Origin: Candidatus Levybacteria bacterium RIFCSPHIGHO2_01_FULL_38_26
GTDB lineage: Bacteria > Patescibacteriota > Microgenomatia > Levybacterales > UBA12049
Reading direction: 5' to 3'
Assembly (NCBI GenBank): GCA_001782075.1
Contig: MFNO01000013.1
Span: forward strand, 48,608 to 112,607
DNA length: 64,000 bases
A program made the translations under genes and the position numbers. The notes under the pieces are model-generated. The model saw nothing but the letters and a program-made list of their open reading frames with translations, searched no databases and was not told the origin of the DNA. Positions within the stretch are counted from its first letter, which is position 1. Every line of letters starts with the position of its first letter. This document shows, in pieces, positions 9,449-18,202 of this stretch.

Positions 9449-10700
9449 AAAAGCGGCAAGCAATCCCCTTATTTCTGGCACCGCGGTTATTTTTGTCGGG
9501 ACTTTTTTTGGCAACATATTTAATTTTTTGTTTAATTTTTTCATGGCAAGGAACCTTAGTGTTTCAGATTATGGTGTTTTGGCCAGTCTTGTTTCTTTGA
9601 TATTGCTTTTTTCTCTTTTTGCGGAGGCTTTTGTGCCCAGCGTAATTAGATTTTCGGGTGTATATTTTGCAAAAAACGAATTAGATAAAGTGGCGGCATT
9701 ATTTTGGAAGCTCAATAAAGGGTTTTTTTTAATTGCAGGAACAATTCTTCTAGGATTTTTGATTTTTAACCACACCATTGGAGAATTTTTAAAGATTGAC
9801 AACTCATTCCTCATTTTTGCTACAGGGGTAAGCATATTTTTATTTTTTTTGAGCATCTTGAATAGAGGGATGATTAATGCAAAACTTTCTTTTTTTTATA
9901 TCTCTTTTCTTAATTTTTTTAATTCTGCCTTAAAACTTATAGTTGGTGTCGTTTTTGTTTTGTTGGGGATGGGAGTAAACGGGGCGATTCTAGCTTTTTT
10001 TGCTGCATACATAGGAAATTATATTCTTGCATTTATTCCGCTAAGATTTGTTTTTAAAAGCACACGTGCAAAAAATGTGGTAGGAATTAGAGAGATTGTT
10101 AGATACAGTACTCCGTCTGCTGTGGCAATGTTAGGCGTGACGCTGTTTATCACTACAGATATTATGATTGTTAAGCATTTTTTTTCTCCACAAGACGCGG
10201 GCATTTACGCTGGCATGACGCTGTTGGGAAGAATCATTTATTTTTTTTCTGCTCCCATTGCTCATGTTTTGTTTTCTCTTGTTGTCCAAAAAAACGAGCG
10301 CCACGAAAAGCATAACGATCTTTTTTATATAGCAGTGCTTTTTGTTTTGATTTCCTCTTTAGGTATTGTAGCTTTTTATTTCCTGTTTCCAGAATTTAGC
10401 ATAAGATTTCTTCTCAAACAAGAAGAATATTTAGAAATAAAACCGATCCTTTGGATTTTTGGTATATTCATCGCTTTGTATTCTATTTTATCTTTGGTAA
10501 CCAACTATTATTTATCAATTCAAAAAACAAGGATTTTTATTCCGATTATTATTGCCGCAATTTTACAAGCTTCTCTGTTGTGGTTTTACCACGGGTCTTT
10601 TCTAACAGTTACAATTATTTCATCAATTTCAGTTGGAATACCGCTAATTTTTATCCTAACACATTACTTTCTGACTTATGCAAAGAGTAAGGCGTACTAA
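9432..10700 (+). CDS. Wzx-like oligosaccharide/polysaccharide flippase (MOP superfamily)
   Basis: About 12 TM, with an N-terminus FGNIFNFLFNFFMARNLSVSDYGVLASL typical of the PST/Wzx family. Confidence 0.7.
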   Translation: MRKLFKKAASNPLISGTAVIFVGTFFGNIFNFLFNFFMARNLSVSDYGVLASLVSLILLFSLFAEAFVPSVIRFSGVYFAKNELDKVAALFWKLNKGFFLIAGTILLGFLIFNHTIGEFLKIDNSFLIFATGVSIFLFFLSILNRGMINAKLSFFYISFLNFFNSALKLIVGVVFVLLGMGVNGAILAFFAAYIGNYILAFIPLRFVFKSTRAKNVVGIREIVRYSTPSAVAMLGVTLFITTDIMIVKHFFSPQDAGIYAGMTLLGRIIYFFSAPIAHVLFSLVVQKNERHEKHNDLFYIAVLFVLISSLGIVAFYFLFPEFSIRFLLKQEEYLEIKPILWIFGIFIALYSILSLVTNYYLSIQKTRIFIPIIIAAILQASLLWFYHGSFLTVTIISSISVGIPLIFILTHYFLTYAKSKAY

Positions 10701-11460
10701 AAAAGATTTCATTTCTGTTGTAATTCCAGCATATAAACAGGAGAAAACTATTGCTCAAAACCTGTCTGTTGTAAAAAAAATCCTGGAAGGAATAGATTGT
10801 GATTTTGAAATAATAGTAGTTGTAGATGGATTAAATGACAAAACTTTTCCAAACGCAAAGAAAATAAAATCTCCTAAAATTAAAGTTTTGGGGTACAAAA
10901 ACAACAGGGGAAAAGGATATGCAGTTAGATACGGAATGGGACGCGCCGTAGGGACGATAGTTTGTTTTATTGATGCTGGAATGGATCTTGATCCAAAGGG
11001 CATAGTTACTCTTCTTGATTATTTTAAATTATATAAAGCAGATATTGTTATTGGAAGCAAAAGGCACACAATGTCGAGGGTTATTTATCCTTGGAGCAGA
11101 AGAATTATCAGCTTTCTATCCCAGATTTTTGTAAAGATTCTTTTTGGTCTGAACGTAAAAGACACGCAGGTAGGTTTGAAGATGTTTAGAAAAGAAGTGG
11201 TTAGAGACGTTCTGCCGCGTCTGCTTGTTAAAAAATTTGCATTCGATATAGAATTTTTGGTCGTAGCCTACGCTTTGGGATACAAAAATATATATGAGGC
11301 GCCAGTTGAAATAAATCACGAATTCAGCGCAAGTATAATTTCCAAGAACATAATGCGGGAGCTTTTTCGAACGCTTTGGGATACTCTAGCAATATTTTAC
11401 AGACTTAATTTAGTAAAATATTATACATCCGAAGATAAAGGAAAATGGAAAAATTACTAA
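10678..11460 (+). CDS. GT2, dolichyl/polyprenyl-phosphate sugar synthase-like (DPM1-like)
   Basis: ISVVIPAYKQEKTI...FEIIVVVDGLNDKT...FIDAGMDLDP. Confidence 0.8.
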   Translation: MQRVRRTKKDFISVVIPAYKQEKTIAQNLSVVKKILEGIDCDFEIIVVVDGLNDKTFPNAKKIKSPKIKVLGYKNNRGKGYAVRYGMGRAVGTIVCFIDAGMDLDPKGIVTLLDYFKLYKADIVIGSKRHTMSRVIYPWSRRIISFLSQIFVKILFGLNVKDTQVGLKMFRKEVVRDVLPRLLVKKFAFDIEFLVVAYALGYKNIYEAPVEINHEFSASIISKNIMRELFRTLWDTLAIFYRLNLVKYYTSEDKGKWKNY

Positions 11461-12764
11461 TAAAATTTCAGTTTGTATTTATTGTCGCAATTATAATTCT
11501 TGGATTTTGGCTCAGGTCTGACAATTTATATACATGGCCAAGATTAGGTTCGACATTTGATGAGTATGCTTGGACATGGCTTGGAGTAAGCTTGATTGAA
11601 GATCAAGCTCCAAGATCATGGTCTCGTCATCCTCAGTACAGCGATCGAGAAGACATAATTTATCAAAAAACAGCTTTTGTCCTGGTAAAACCATATCTTG
11701 AGCATCCGCCCCTTTTTGGATTAGTTGCAGGATCTTACGCACTTCTTACCGGAACAGAAGGGATGTTCGATGTGAGAATCGAGGGTATCCGCGGATTTTC
11801 ATTGGTCTTGGGAGTATTTAGCATTTTTATGGTATATGTATTTGCCAAGGAAGTTTACGGATTAAAGGTCGCCTTAGCTTCCTCATTAATATACGCAACC
11901 GTTCCAACTATTGTAATTGGATCGCGAATTGTCCAGAACGAAAACTTTTTTATCCCATTTTTCTTGCTATCTCTATTTTTAGTCGCCAGATACATTAAAT
12001 CAGGAAAATCATGGCTGCGTAATGTTTCTGCGATCATTTGCGGTCTTCTTACTTTGGCTAAAGTTCCATGGATTGCGGCAGGAATTTCAATTTTTCTTAT
12101 TTTTTTATATCTCAGAAGATATTCTGATGCGGGAAAATTTATTGCTATTGTTGTTCCTATTTTTCTTTTGTTTTTTGTTTATGGATTTTATTTTGATTCA
12201 AAATTATTTCTGAGTCTTTGGCAGATGCAACTGACTAGGTACGACCTCGCCTTCAACAGCGTTTTTGCTCTTTTTACATCACCATATTTGGTGGATAGAT
12301 TTATGATAGACGGATGGATTTATTTTGGTTGGTTTGCATTCTTTTTAATTATGGCAAGAGAACTAAAGAAGAATTTTTTGATAGTAATACCGCTTCTTAC
12401 ATATTTTGCAATATTTGTTTTTGCCATTCCAAATGAGCCAAGTCATGGGTGGTATAGATATCCGTTTTACCCTTTTTTAGTTTTGAGTATTGTCTTATTT
12501 CTTAAAGAATACTTTGGGAAAAACTACTTACTGACATTTTTCTTCCTGGTTTTTGTAGGGCTTTCTTTGCTTCAGCTGTCGTGGGTGCCATCATTCGGAT
12601 TTTCTTTTTTAGTTTTTAGAATATTTTTACTTTTTTTTGGATTAACAATGCTTCCATATTTTATCCCCAGGACCAACAGGCTTTCACATTTTTCATCTCA
12701 TGCATCACTTTTTTTACTGATTTTACTCAACATTTGGTCTGTTTTTAATTATAATGAGCAGTAA
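11445..12764 (+). CDS. GT-C membrane glycosyltransferase, ArnT/PMT-like (GT39/GT83 type)
   Basis: 13-14 TM with a first-loop DE motif (LGSTFDEYAWTW). Confidence 0.6.
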   Translation: MEKLLIKFQFVFIVAIIILGFWLRSDNLYTWPRLGSTFDEYAWTWLGVSLIEDQAPRSWSRHPQYSDREDIIYQKTAFVLVKPYLEHPPLFGLVAGSYALLTGTEGMFDVRIEGIRGFSLVLGVFSIFMVYVFAKEVYGLKVALASSLIYATVPTIVIGSRIVQNENFFIPFFLLSLFLVARYIKSGKSWLRNVSAIICGLLTLAKVPWIAAGISIFLIFLYLRRYSDAGKFIAIVVPIFLLFFVYGFYFDSKLFLSLWQMQLTRYDLAFNSVFALFTSPYLVDRFMIDGWIYFGWFAFFLIMARELKKNFLIVIPLLTYFAIFVFAIPNEPSHGWYRYPFYPFLVLSIVLFLKEYFGKNYLLTFFFLVFVGLSLLQLSWVPSFGFSFLVFRIFLLFFGLTMLPYFIPRTNRLSHFSSHASLFLLILLNIWSVFNYNEQ

Positions 12765-12765
12765 T

Positions 12766-13887
12766 ATGAGGATCCTGATTTTTAATTGGAGAGACATAAA
12801 AAATCCAACAAGCGGCGGAGCAGAAATTCTTACTCATGAATTGGCGAGGAGATGGGTTGAGAGGGGGAACAAAGTAGTTATGTTTTGTTCTTTTTACAAA
12901 AACGCAAAGCAGAAAGAGTCAGTAGATGGAGTAGAGATTATTAGAGAGGGAAATCCAGACGCAAGACATCTTTGGAATTCTGTACATTTTAAGGCGTTTA
13001 TTAATTATAAAAGAAAATTCAAGGGAAACTTCGACGTTGTCATCGATGAGATTCACGGGCTGCCGTTTTTTACTCCGCTTTATGTAAAGGAGAAAAAGAT
13101 TGCGTTAATATGCGAGGTGGCAGGAGGACTTTGGTACAAAATGTATGGTTCAATTTTTGGCTCTATTGGGAGGCTTGTTGAAATAATTTATCTTAAATTA
13201 TTTTATCAACAGCTGCATTTTCTTACTATCTCAAATTCAACAAAACATGATCTTATCTCAAATGGCATAAAAGAAAGCTATATACATGTAATTCCGATGG
13301 GAGTAAAATTGCCAAATTATAAGAGAAGTATTCTTAAAGAAAAAGCACCAACTTTATTGGTTGTTGGAAGATTATCCAAACCCAAAGGAATAGAAGACGC
13401 GATAAAAGTTTTAGAATATGTTTTAAAATTCATGCCTTCAGCAAGACTTTGGATTGTGGGACGAGGAGAAGCGGAGTACACCAATTATCTAAAAAAAATA
13501 ACTAGTGATAAGGGGCTCGAGAATAAAGTCGTGTTTTATGGCTATGTTTCTGAAGACGAAAAATTCAGTCTAATGTCTAGAGCCCACTTATTGCTTGTCC
13601 CGTCAACTAAAGAAGGATTTGGTTTGACCATCCCGGAAGCTGGTTTTGCGGGCACACTTTCTATTGTATATAAAGTCAGCGGTTTGAGAGATATAGTAGA
13701 GGAGGGTGTAAATGGAATTATTGTTAATAAAGATCCTCTTTCGATGGGCAAAGCAGTAGTTGAAATTTTAAGTGATAAGAAAAAATACGCTGAAATTAGG
13801 AAAAATGCAATTGAGTTTTCTAAAAGATTCGATTATGAAGCTTCTGGAAGTGAAACTCTTAATTTGATTGCGAAGTATTCACTTTAG
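12766..13887 (+). CDS. GT4 glycosyltransferase
   Basis: EGFGLTIPEAGFAGTLSIV. The start was taken at MRILIF, just after the upstream stop. Confidence 0.85.
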   Translation: MRILIFNWRDIKNPTSGGAEILTHELARRWVERGNKVVMFCSFYKNAKQKESVDGVEIIREGNPDARHLWNSVHFKAFINYKRKFKGNFDVVIDEIHGLPFFTPLYVKEKKIALICEVAGGLWYKMYGSIFGSIGRLVEIIYLKLFYQQLHFLTISNSTKHDLISNGIKESYIHVIPMGVKLPNYKRSILKEKAPTLLVVGRLSKPKGIEDAIKVLEYVLKFMPSARLWIVGRGEAEYTNYLKKITSDKGLENKVVFYGYVSEDEKFSLMSRAHLLLVPSTKEGFGLTIPEAGFAGTLSIVYKVSGLRDIVEEGVNGIIVNKDPLSMGKAVVEILSDKKKYAEIRKNAIEFSKRFDYEASGSETLNLIAKYSL

Positions 13888-15958
13888 GCAGATGGAATAC
13901 TTCCATGGTCTCGACATTGCCGGGGCATGATTCTTTTGGGTCTAAAACGATATTTATGTACCGCGCATATTCTGCTGCAAATGGATATGAGATGGTGTTT
14001 CCAACAGGTTGTCTTTCAAGAATGGGAATTGGCAGGTCCTGCGGAAGAACGTGTGGTGTTTTGTACCAGTTTTCTCCATCGACAGAAATATTAAAATAAA
14101 TTTGATCTGCCGATTTACAATTGTTTGTGGAAAAAGACCATTGAATTTTTGAAATATAAGTTGGCTTTTTCAAGTCGATGAGTATCCCATTATCGCTATT
14201 CTCATAATTTAGATCGCTAACTGTCTCTTCGACATCAAATCCCTTTTTTGTGTTAGCCAGATCGTTTTTCCAAATGTTAAGAATGCTTACGTTATCAACC
14301 TTGATTTGATAAATTGGTTTCAAATAACGATAGTAGTATCTACTGCTGTAGTATGACGTGTTTAATTCTGATCCATAGTTTAATCCTATTACATATTCTC
14401 CTTTTTTGATATATCCGCTGCGCAAACTATTGGTATATTTTAGATCGCTTCTCACAAAAAGTTTCGGCAAATTAGGCATGAGCTCTTGCGCAAGAACCAA
14501 TGTAGATCCGTTTTGCGCGTGTTCGTTTATCCAATGAATGCCTTGACGGTACGCATTTCCAAAACTGTTTCCCCAGTAAGGAAAATTTTTATCCTTCGCC
14601 CCCTCAAGACCTCCTATTAGTGGATTAAAATAGACGTTTTGATTGGGGTGGATGGAGATTAACTTGAGGGTAATTGGGATAAACATTAGAACAATCAATA
14701 TTTGTAGCACAAGGGTTAATAATCTTTCCTTCGATTGCTTCATTGTCCTATTGTTAAATTGCTTTAGTCTTTCAACAATGAAAAAATATAACAATTTAAC
14801 AATGTATCCTGCTCCAATACCTGACAATATCGCCATAGCCGGGATAAATTCCATTATTTGTCTTACTCCTCCGTATATACCGGCGTTTGGCACTGTAACT
14901 CTTGCGATGGGAATTAAAAACCAGAGCAGGACCAAAAAAGCTGTTTTTTGTTTCTCGCTTCTTCCTTTTGAAAGGGTATATAAAACACCAAATAAAGTAA
15001 GAAAAAGTGTAACTAAAGGAGTTGTATAAATAATCCATTGTATGGCAAAAGTATTGAAACCAAAGAAAGTAAAAGAAGGATCAAAGTTGGGATTAATGCC
15101 AATTGTTTTATAATAATCAACAATCTTAAAAAAATTATTTATTGGCTCAGCCCATAGATATGGCCAGCTTCCCCAAAAAATAGCGATAGCGATTAGCGGG
15201 AAAAAAAATATAGATGGAATGAGCCAGTTAATCTCTTTAAATGATTTTGTTTTTTGCTTAAGATATACAATTAACCAGGGAAGGATAATAAATGGTGAAA
15301 AAAGGATATTAAACTTTGTTCCCCACGCGAAGCCGAAAAAAACTGCGGAAAGGATGAGGAAGAGATTTTTTTTACGAGTTATGCCTTCATACAGAAAAAT
15401 TATCATTAGGCTATAAAATGAGGCCTGCGGAATATCTTTAAGATTAAAGCGTGATTCACCCAAAAAGAGCGGATAAAGAACCAGTGATAAAATTGTAACG
15501 AATGCAACAAATATTCCGTAATGTTTTCTCGTCCACCAGAAAAGAGCAGCCACAAGAAGGGAAGCAACAGCAATGATATAAACATGATACGAATCAATAT
15601 CATTTATTAATCTCATCTCTTGAAACAGAACAAAGTTGAAAACAGAGGAAAAAATATCCGAAAGTGGGGGATGTCCTCCATCTTTTTCTAAAAAATAAGA
15701 GGCGCCGTACCCGTCGATTTGATACAGACTGCGTTTGGGAATTGATTCTTTGGGTTGACTTGGAGAAAATAAAAGAGTGTCTTCTTCTTGATAGTAATCT
15801 ACATAGTCGGGCAGCTTCTCATATGTTTGTTCGCCTGTGAGTATGTACCTTAAATACGCCTGTCCCCGGGGCAGATGGTTAATTGTGTCCCAATCGGTTC
15901 CATAATGAGGAAGCAGTATTAATTCAAAGAGGAAAAAGGAGAGAAAGACTACAAGCAT
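13859..15958 (-). CDS. GT-C membrane glycosyltransferase (ArnT/PMT-like) with an extra C-terminal discoidin/F5-8-type-C-like domain
   Basis: N-terminus LPHYGTDWDTINHLPRGQAYLRY. It is paralogous to 18203..19918 along the whole TM core. A unique C-terminal tail of about 130 aa reads ...ISKIQWSF..NCKSADQIYFNISVDGENWYKT, resembling a galactose-binding-like fold. Confidence 0.7.
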   Translation of the reverse strand: MLVVFLSFFLFELILLPHYGTDWDTINHLPRGQAYLRYILTGEQTYEKLPDYVDYYQEEDTLLFSPSQPKESIPKRSLYQIDGYGASYFLEKDGGHPPLSDIFSSVFNFVLFQEMRLINDIDSYHVYIIAVASLLVAALFWWTRKHYGIFVAFVTILSLVLYPLFLGESRFNLKDIPQASFYSLMIIFLYEGITRKKNLFLILSAVFFGFAWGTKFNILFSPFIILPWLIVYLKQKTKSFKEINWLIPSIFFFPLIAIAIFWGSWPYLWAEPINNFFKIVDYYKTIGINPNFDPSFTFFGFNTFAIQWIIYTTPLVTLFLTLFGVLYTLSKGRSEKQKTAFLVLLWFLIPIARVTVPNAGIYGGVRQIMEFIPAMAILSGIGAGYIVKLLYFFIVERLKQFNNRTMKQSKERLLTLVLQILIVLMFIPITLKLISIHPNQNVYFNPLIGGLEGAKDKNFPYWGNSFGNAYRQGIHWINEHAQNGSTLVLAQELMPNLPKLFVRSDLKYTNSLRSGYIKKGEYVIGLNYGSELNTSYYSSRYYYRYLKPIYQIKVDNVSILNIWKNDLANTKKGFDVEETVSDLNYENSDNGILIDLKKPTYISKIQWSFSTNNCKSADQIYFNISVDGENWYKTPHVLPQDLPIPILERQPVGNTISYPFAAEYARYINIVLDPKESCPGNVETMEVFHLPKVNTSQSN

Positions 15959-16001
15959 GGTGTTGATTATAGGATAATTTTGCTATAATTACAAAAAGAA
16001 T

Positions 16002-16937
16002 ATGAATATTTTGATAACAGGAGGCAATGGATTTATCGGAGCAAAAATTGTTGAAAGATTGGAATCTCTTGGGCATAGGCAATTTTTGTTACTCCGAAAA
16101 AACAGCAACAGGACTAGATTGTTGCCATTTGTTGATAAGATAAAGATTTTTGAAGCAGATTTAATACAAGCGGAGGTTGTTTCAGAGATTGTTAGAAAGG
16201 TAAATCCTGAAGTTATTATTCATCTGGCAGGTTATGGGGTTTATTCTTATCATGATATGACGGCTGAAAATATGAAGTTGATGGTTGATTCAAATATTTA
16301 CGGAACCATAAATCTTTTGAATGCGGCTAAGAATTCGAATTGCAAAATATTCGTTAATACCGGAAGTTGCTTTGAATATGGCAGCAGCGATTTACCTTTT
16401 AAAGAAGAAGATATGCTTAATCCTTTAAATATTTATGGGGCAACAAAGGCATCCGCCACGTTATATTCTAAAGTGTTATCTAAAAAAAGCAGTTTTGCCC
16501 TAGTAACGCTTCGCCCATTTACCGTTTATGGTCCCGGAGAGGATAAAAGAAGATTTATATCAACTGTTATAAAGCAGTGCTTGGAGGGAAAAAATCCTAC
16601 GCTTACAAGAGAGCGCATCGTGAGAGATTATATTTATATAGAAGATGTTGTGGATGCGTATCAAGTGGTAATTTCAAAGGCAGAATTGCTTTCGGGTCAA
16701 ATTATTAATATATCTACAGGGAAAGGGACAGCTTTGGAAGATGTTGTGAAAATGATAATGCGGCTAACAAACGCAAAAGTGGTGCCAAGTATTGGTTCTT
16801 TTCCTACTCGGGAGGGCGAAGTGTTGACTTTGGTTGGTGATCCGAAAAAGGCGGAAAAGTTATTGAACTGGAAAGCTAGGTATTCATTGGAAAAAGGACT
16901 CGCTAAGACCGTGCTTTCGGCAAGGGAAAACGATTGA
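16002..16937 (+). CDS. NAD-dependent nucleotide-sugar epimerase/dehydratase (extended SDR)
   Basis: MNILITGGNGFIGAKI, YGATK (Y-x3-K). Confidence 0.8.
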   Translation: MNILITGGNGFIGAKIVERLESLGHRQFLLLRKNSNRTRLLPFVDKIKIFEADLIQAEVVSEIVRKVNPEVIIHLAGYGVYSYHDMTAENMKLMVDSNIYGTINLLNAAKNSNCKIFVNTGSCFEYGSSDLPFKEEDMLNPLNIYGATKASATLYSKVLSKKSSFALVTLRPFTVYGPGEDKRRFISTVIKQCLEGKNPTLTRERIVRDYIYIEDVVDAYQVVISKAELLSGQIINISTGKGTALEDVVKMIMRLTNAKVVPSIGSFPTREGEVLTLVGDPKKAEKLLNWKARYSLEKGLAKTVLSAREND

Positions 16938-18144
16938 AAATTTTTACGTACTCCTTTGTACAGTATTGATAGGATAGATATTTTTTGGCAAGAGAAGCGC
17001 TAGCTTTTACCATAGATGAGATATTATCGCCAGCTCTAATAATTTTGATAATTCCTAGGGCAATATTCTGCGCGTCGCTATCATTTACCCTGTATCCGTT
17101 CTTTCCGTCTATCACATATTTTTTACTTACTGCAAGTTTTGTAGCAACAATAGGCAGTCCAGAAGCGATTGCTTCAAAAAGAGCTACAGTATGCGATTCC
17201 AGATTGCCGTATTTATCCTTTATCGAGGCGGATGCATAGATATCGGCAAGGGCATAATATTTTGGCAGATCAATATGATTAACTTTACCCAGGAAAAGAA
17301 TTTTATCTTCTATTTTTAGGATTTTTGCCAGTTGCGTCAATGATTTTTTTTCTGTTCCGTCCCCAATTATGACAAGCTTTGCCGACTTTTCTTTTTTGCC
17401 TACAATAGACATAGCCTTAATTAGGTATGCAAAGCCTTTTTTTTCCACAAGTCTTCCAACAGTTAGAATAATCCGATCAGATGGAGAAAGATTCAGCTTA
17501 TTCCTCATGCTGTTCCTCTGAGTCCTAATATTTGTAAAATTATTTACATTAACTCCATATGGTATTTCTGCAAATTTTTTACTGTTTACTCCCAACATCG
17601 ATAGCTCATCAAGGTAGCGCAGGCTATTTGAGACAATTACTTTTGCCTGGGAGGCGGCAATTTTGGTCATCCATCGAAACAAAAAATTATTTTTTCCAAG
17701 ATATACGTCCGATCCCGGAACAGTAACAACAAGAGGAATGTTTGTAATCTTTGAAACAAGGGCTGCTATAAATCCATTGGGAATAATCCAATGGGCAGAA
17801 ATCACTTGAATCTTTTCTTTTCGCACTAGAAAAAGAAGAGAAAAGAAGGAAAATAGAAGCATAAATGGAGCTAGAAAGAAAACGCTTGGCTTAAAACGCT
17901 GGTCTCCTATTAGAGTTCTTGAGTATCCTAAAGTATGAAATCTTTTTGAAAAAATGTATTTATATAGTTTAACCTTAAGATTTCTAACAGTATTCTGTTT
18001 TAAAGAAAACAATTTATCATAGGGAGCAAGAACAAAAACATTTTGTCCCTGCTGCGCAAGACCTTTACAAAAATCCTGCATAAAGGGAGCTACAGGGTCT
18101 CCTGGAAACCTTGGATAGGTATGCGTAAAAACACAAATGTTCAT
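16903..18144 (-). CDS. GT4 glycosyltransferase
   Basis: GT-B architecture, with a C-terminus E..ALFEAIASGLPIVAT. Confidence 0.8.
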   Translation of the reverse strand: MNICVFTHTYPRFPGDPVAPFMQDFCKGLAQQGQNVFVLAPYDKLFSLKQNTVRNLKVKLYKYIFSKRFHTLGYSRTLIGDQRFKPSVFFLAPFMLLFSFFSLLFLVRKEKIQVISAHWIIPNGFIAALVSKITNIPLVVTVPGSDVYLGKNNFLFRWMTKIAASQAKVIVSNSLRYLDELSMLGVNSKKFAEIPYGVNVNNFTNIRTQRNSMRNKLNLSPSDRIILTVGRLVEKKGFAYLIKAMSIVGKKEKSAKLVIIGDGTEKKSLTQLAKILKIEDKILFLGKVNHIDLPKYYALADIYASASIKDKYGNLESHTVALFEAIASGLPIVATKLAVSKKYVIDGKNGYRVNDSDAQNIALGIIKIIRAGDNISSMVKASASLAKKYLSYQYCTKEYVKIFNRFPLPKARS

Positions 18145-18181
18145 TGGCGCTTTTTGTATTTTACATTATTCACGCATGGGA

Positions 18182-18190
18182 TGCTATAAT
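18182..18190 (+). promoter_or_regulatory. Extended -10 promoter element TGCTATAAT upstream of 18203
   Basis: TGnTATAAT was read at 18182-18190. It lies 12 nt before the ATG in the divergent intergenic region. Confidence 0.35.
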
Positions 18191-18202
18191 TAATAGATCT
18201 GC

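Noticed and set aside
14643-15029. 128-aa + strand ORF inside the minus-strand GT-C gene
   Set aside because: It is embedded in a conserved paralogous membrane-protein gene and has no support of its own.
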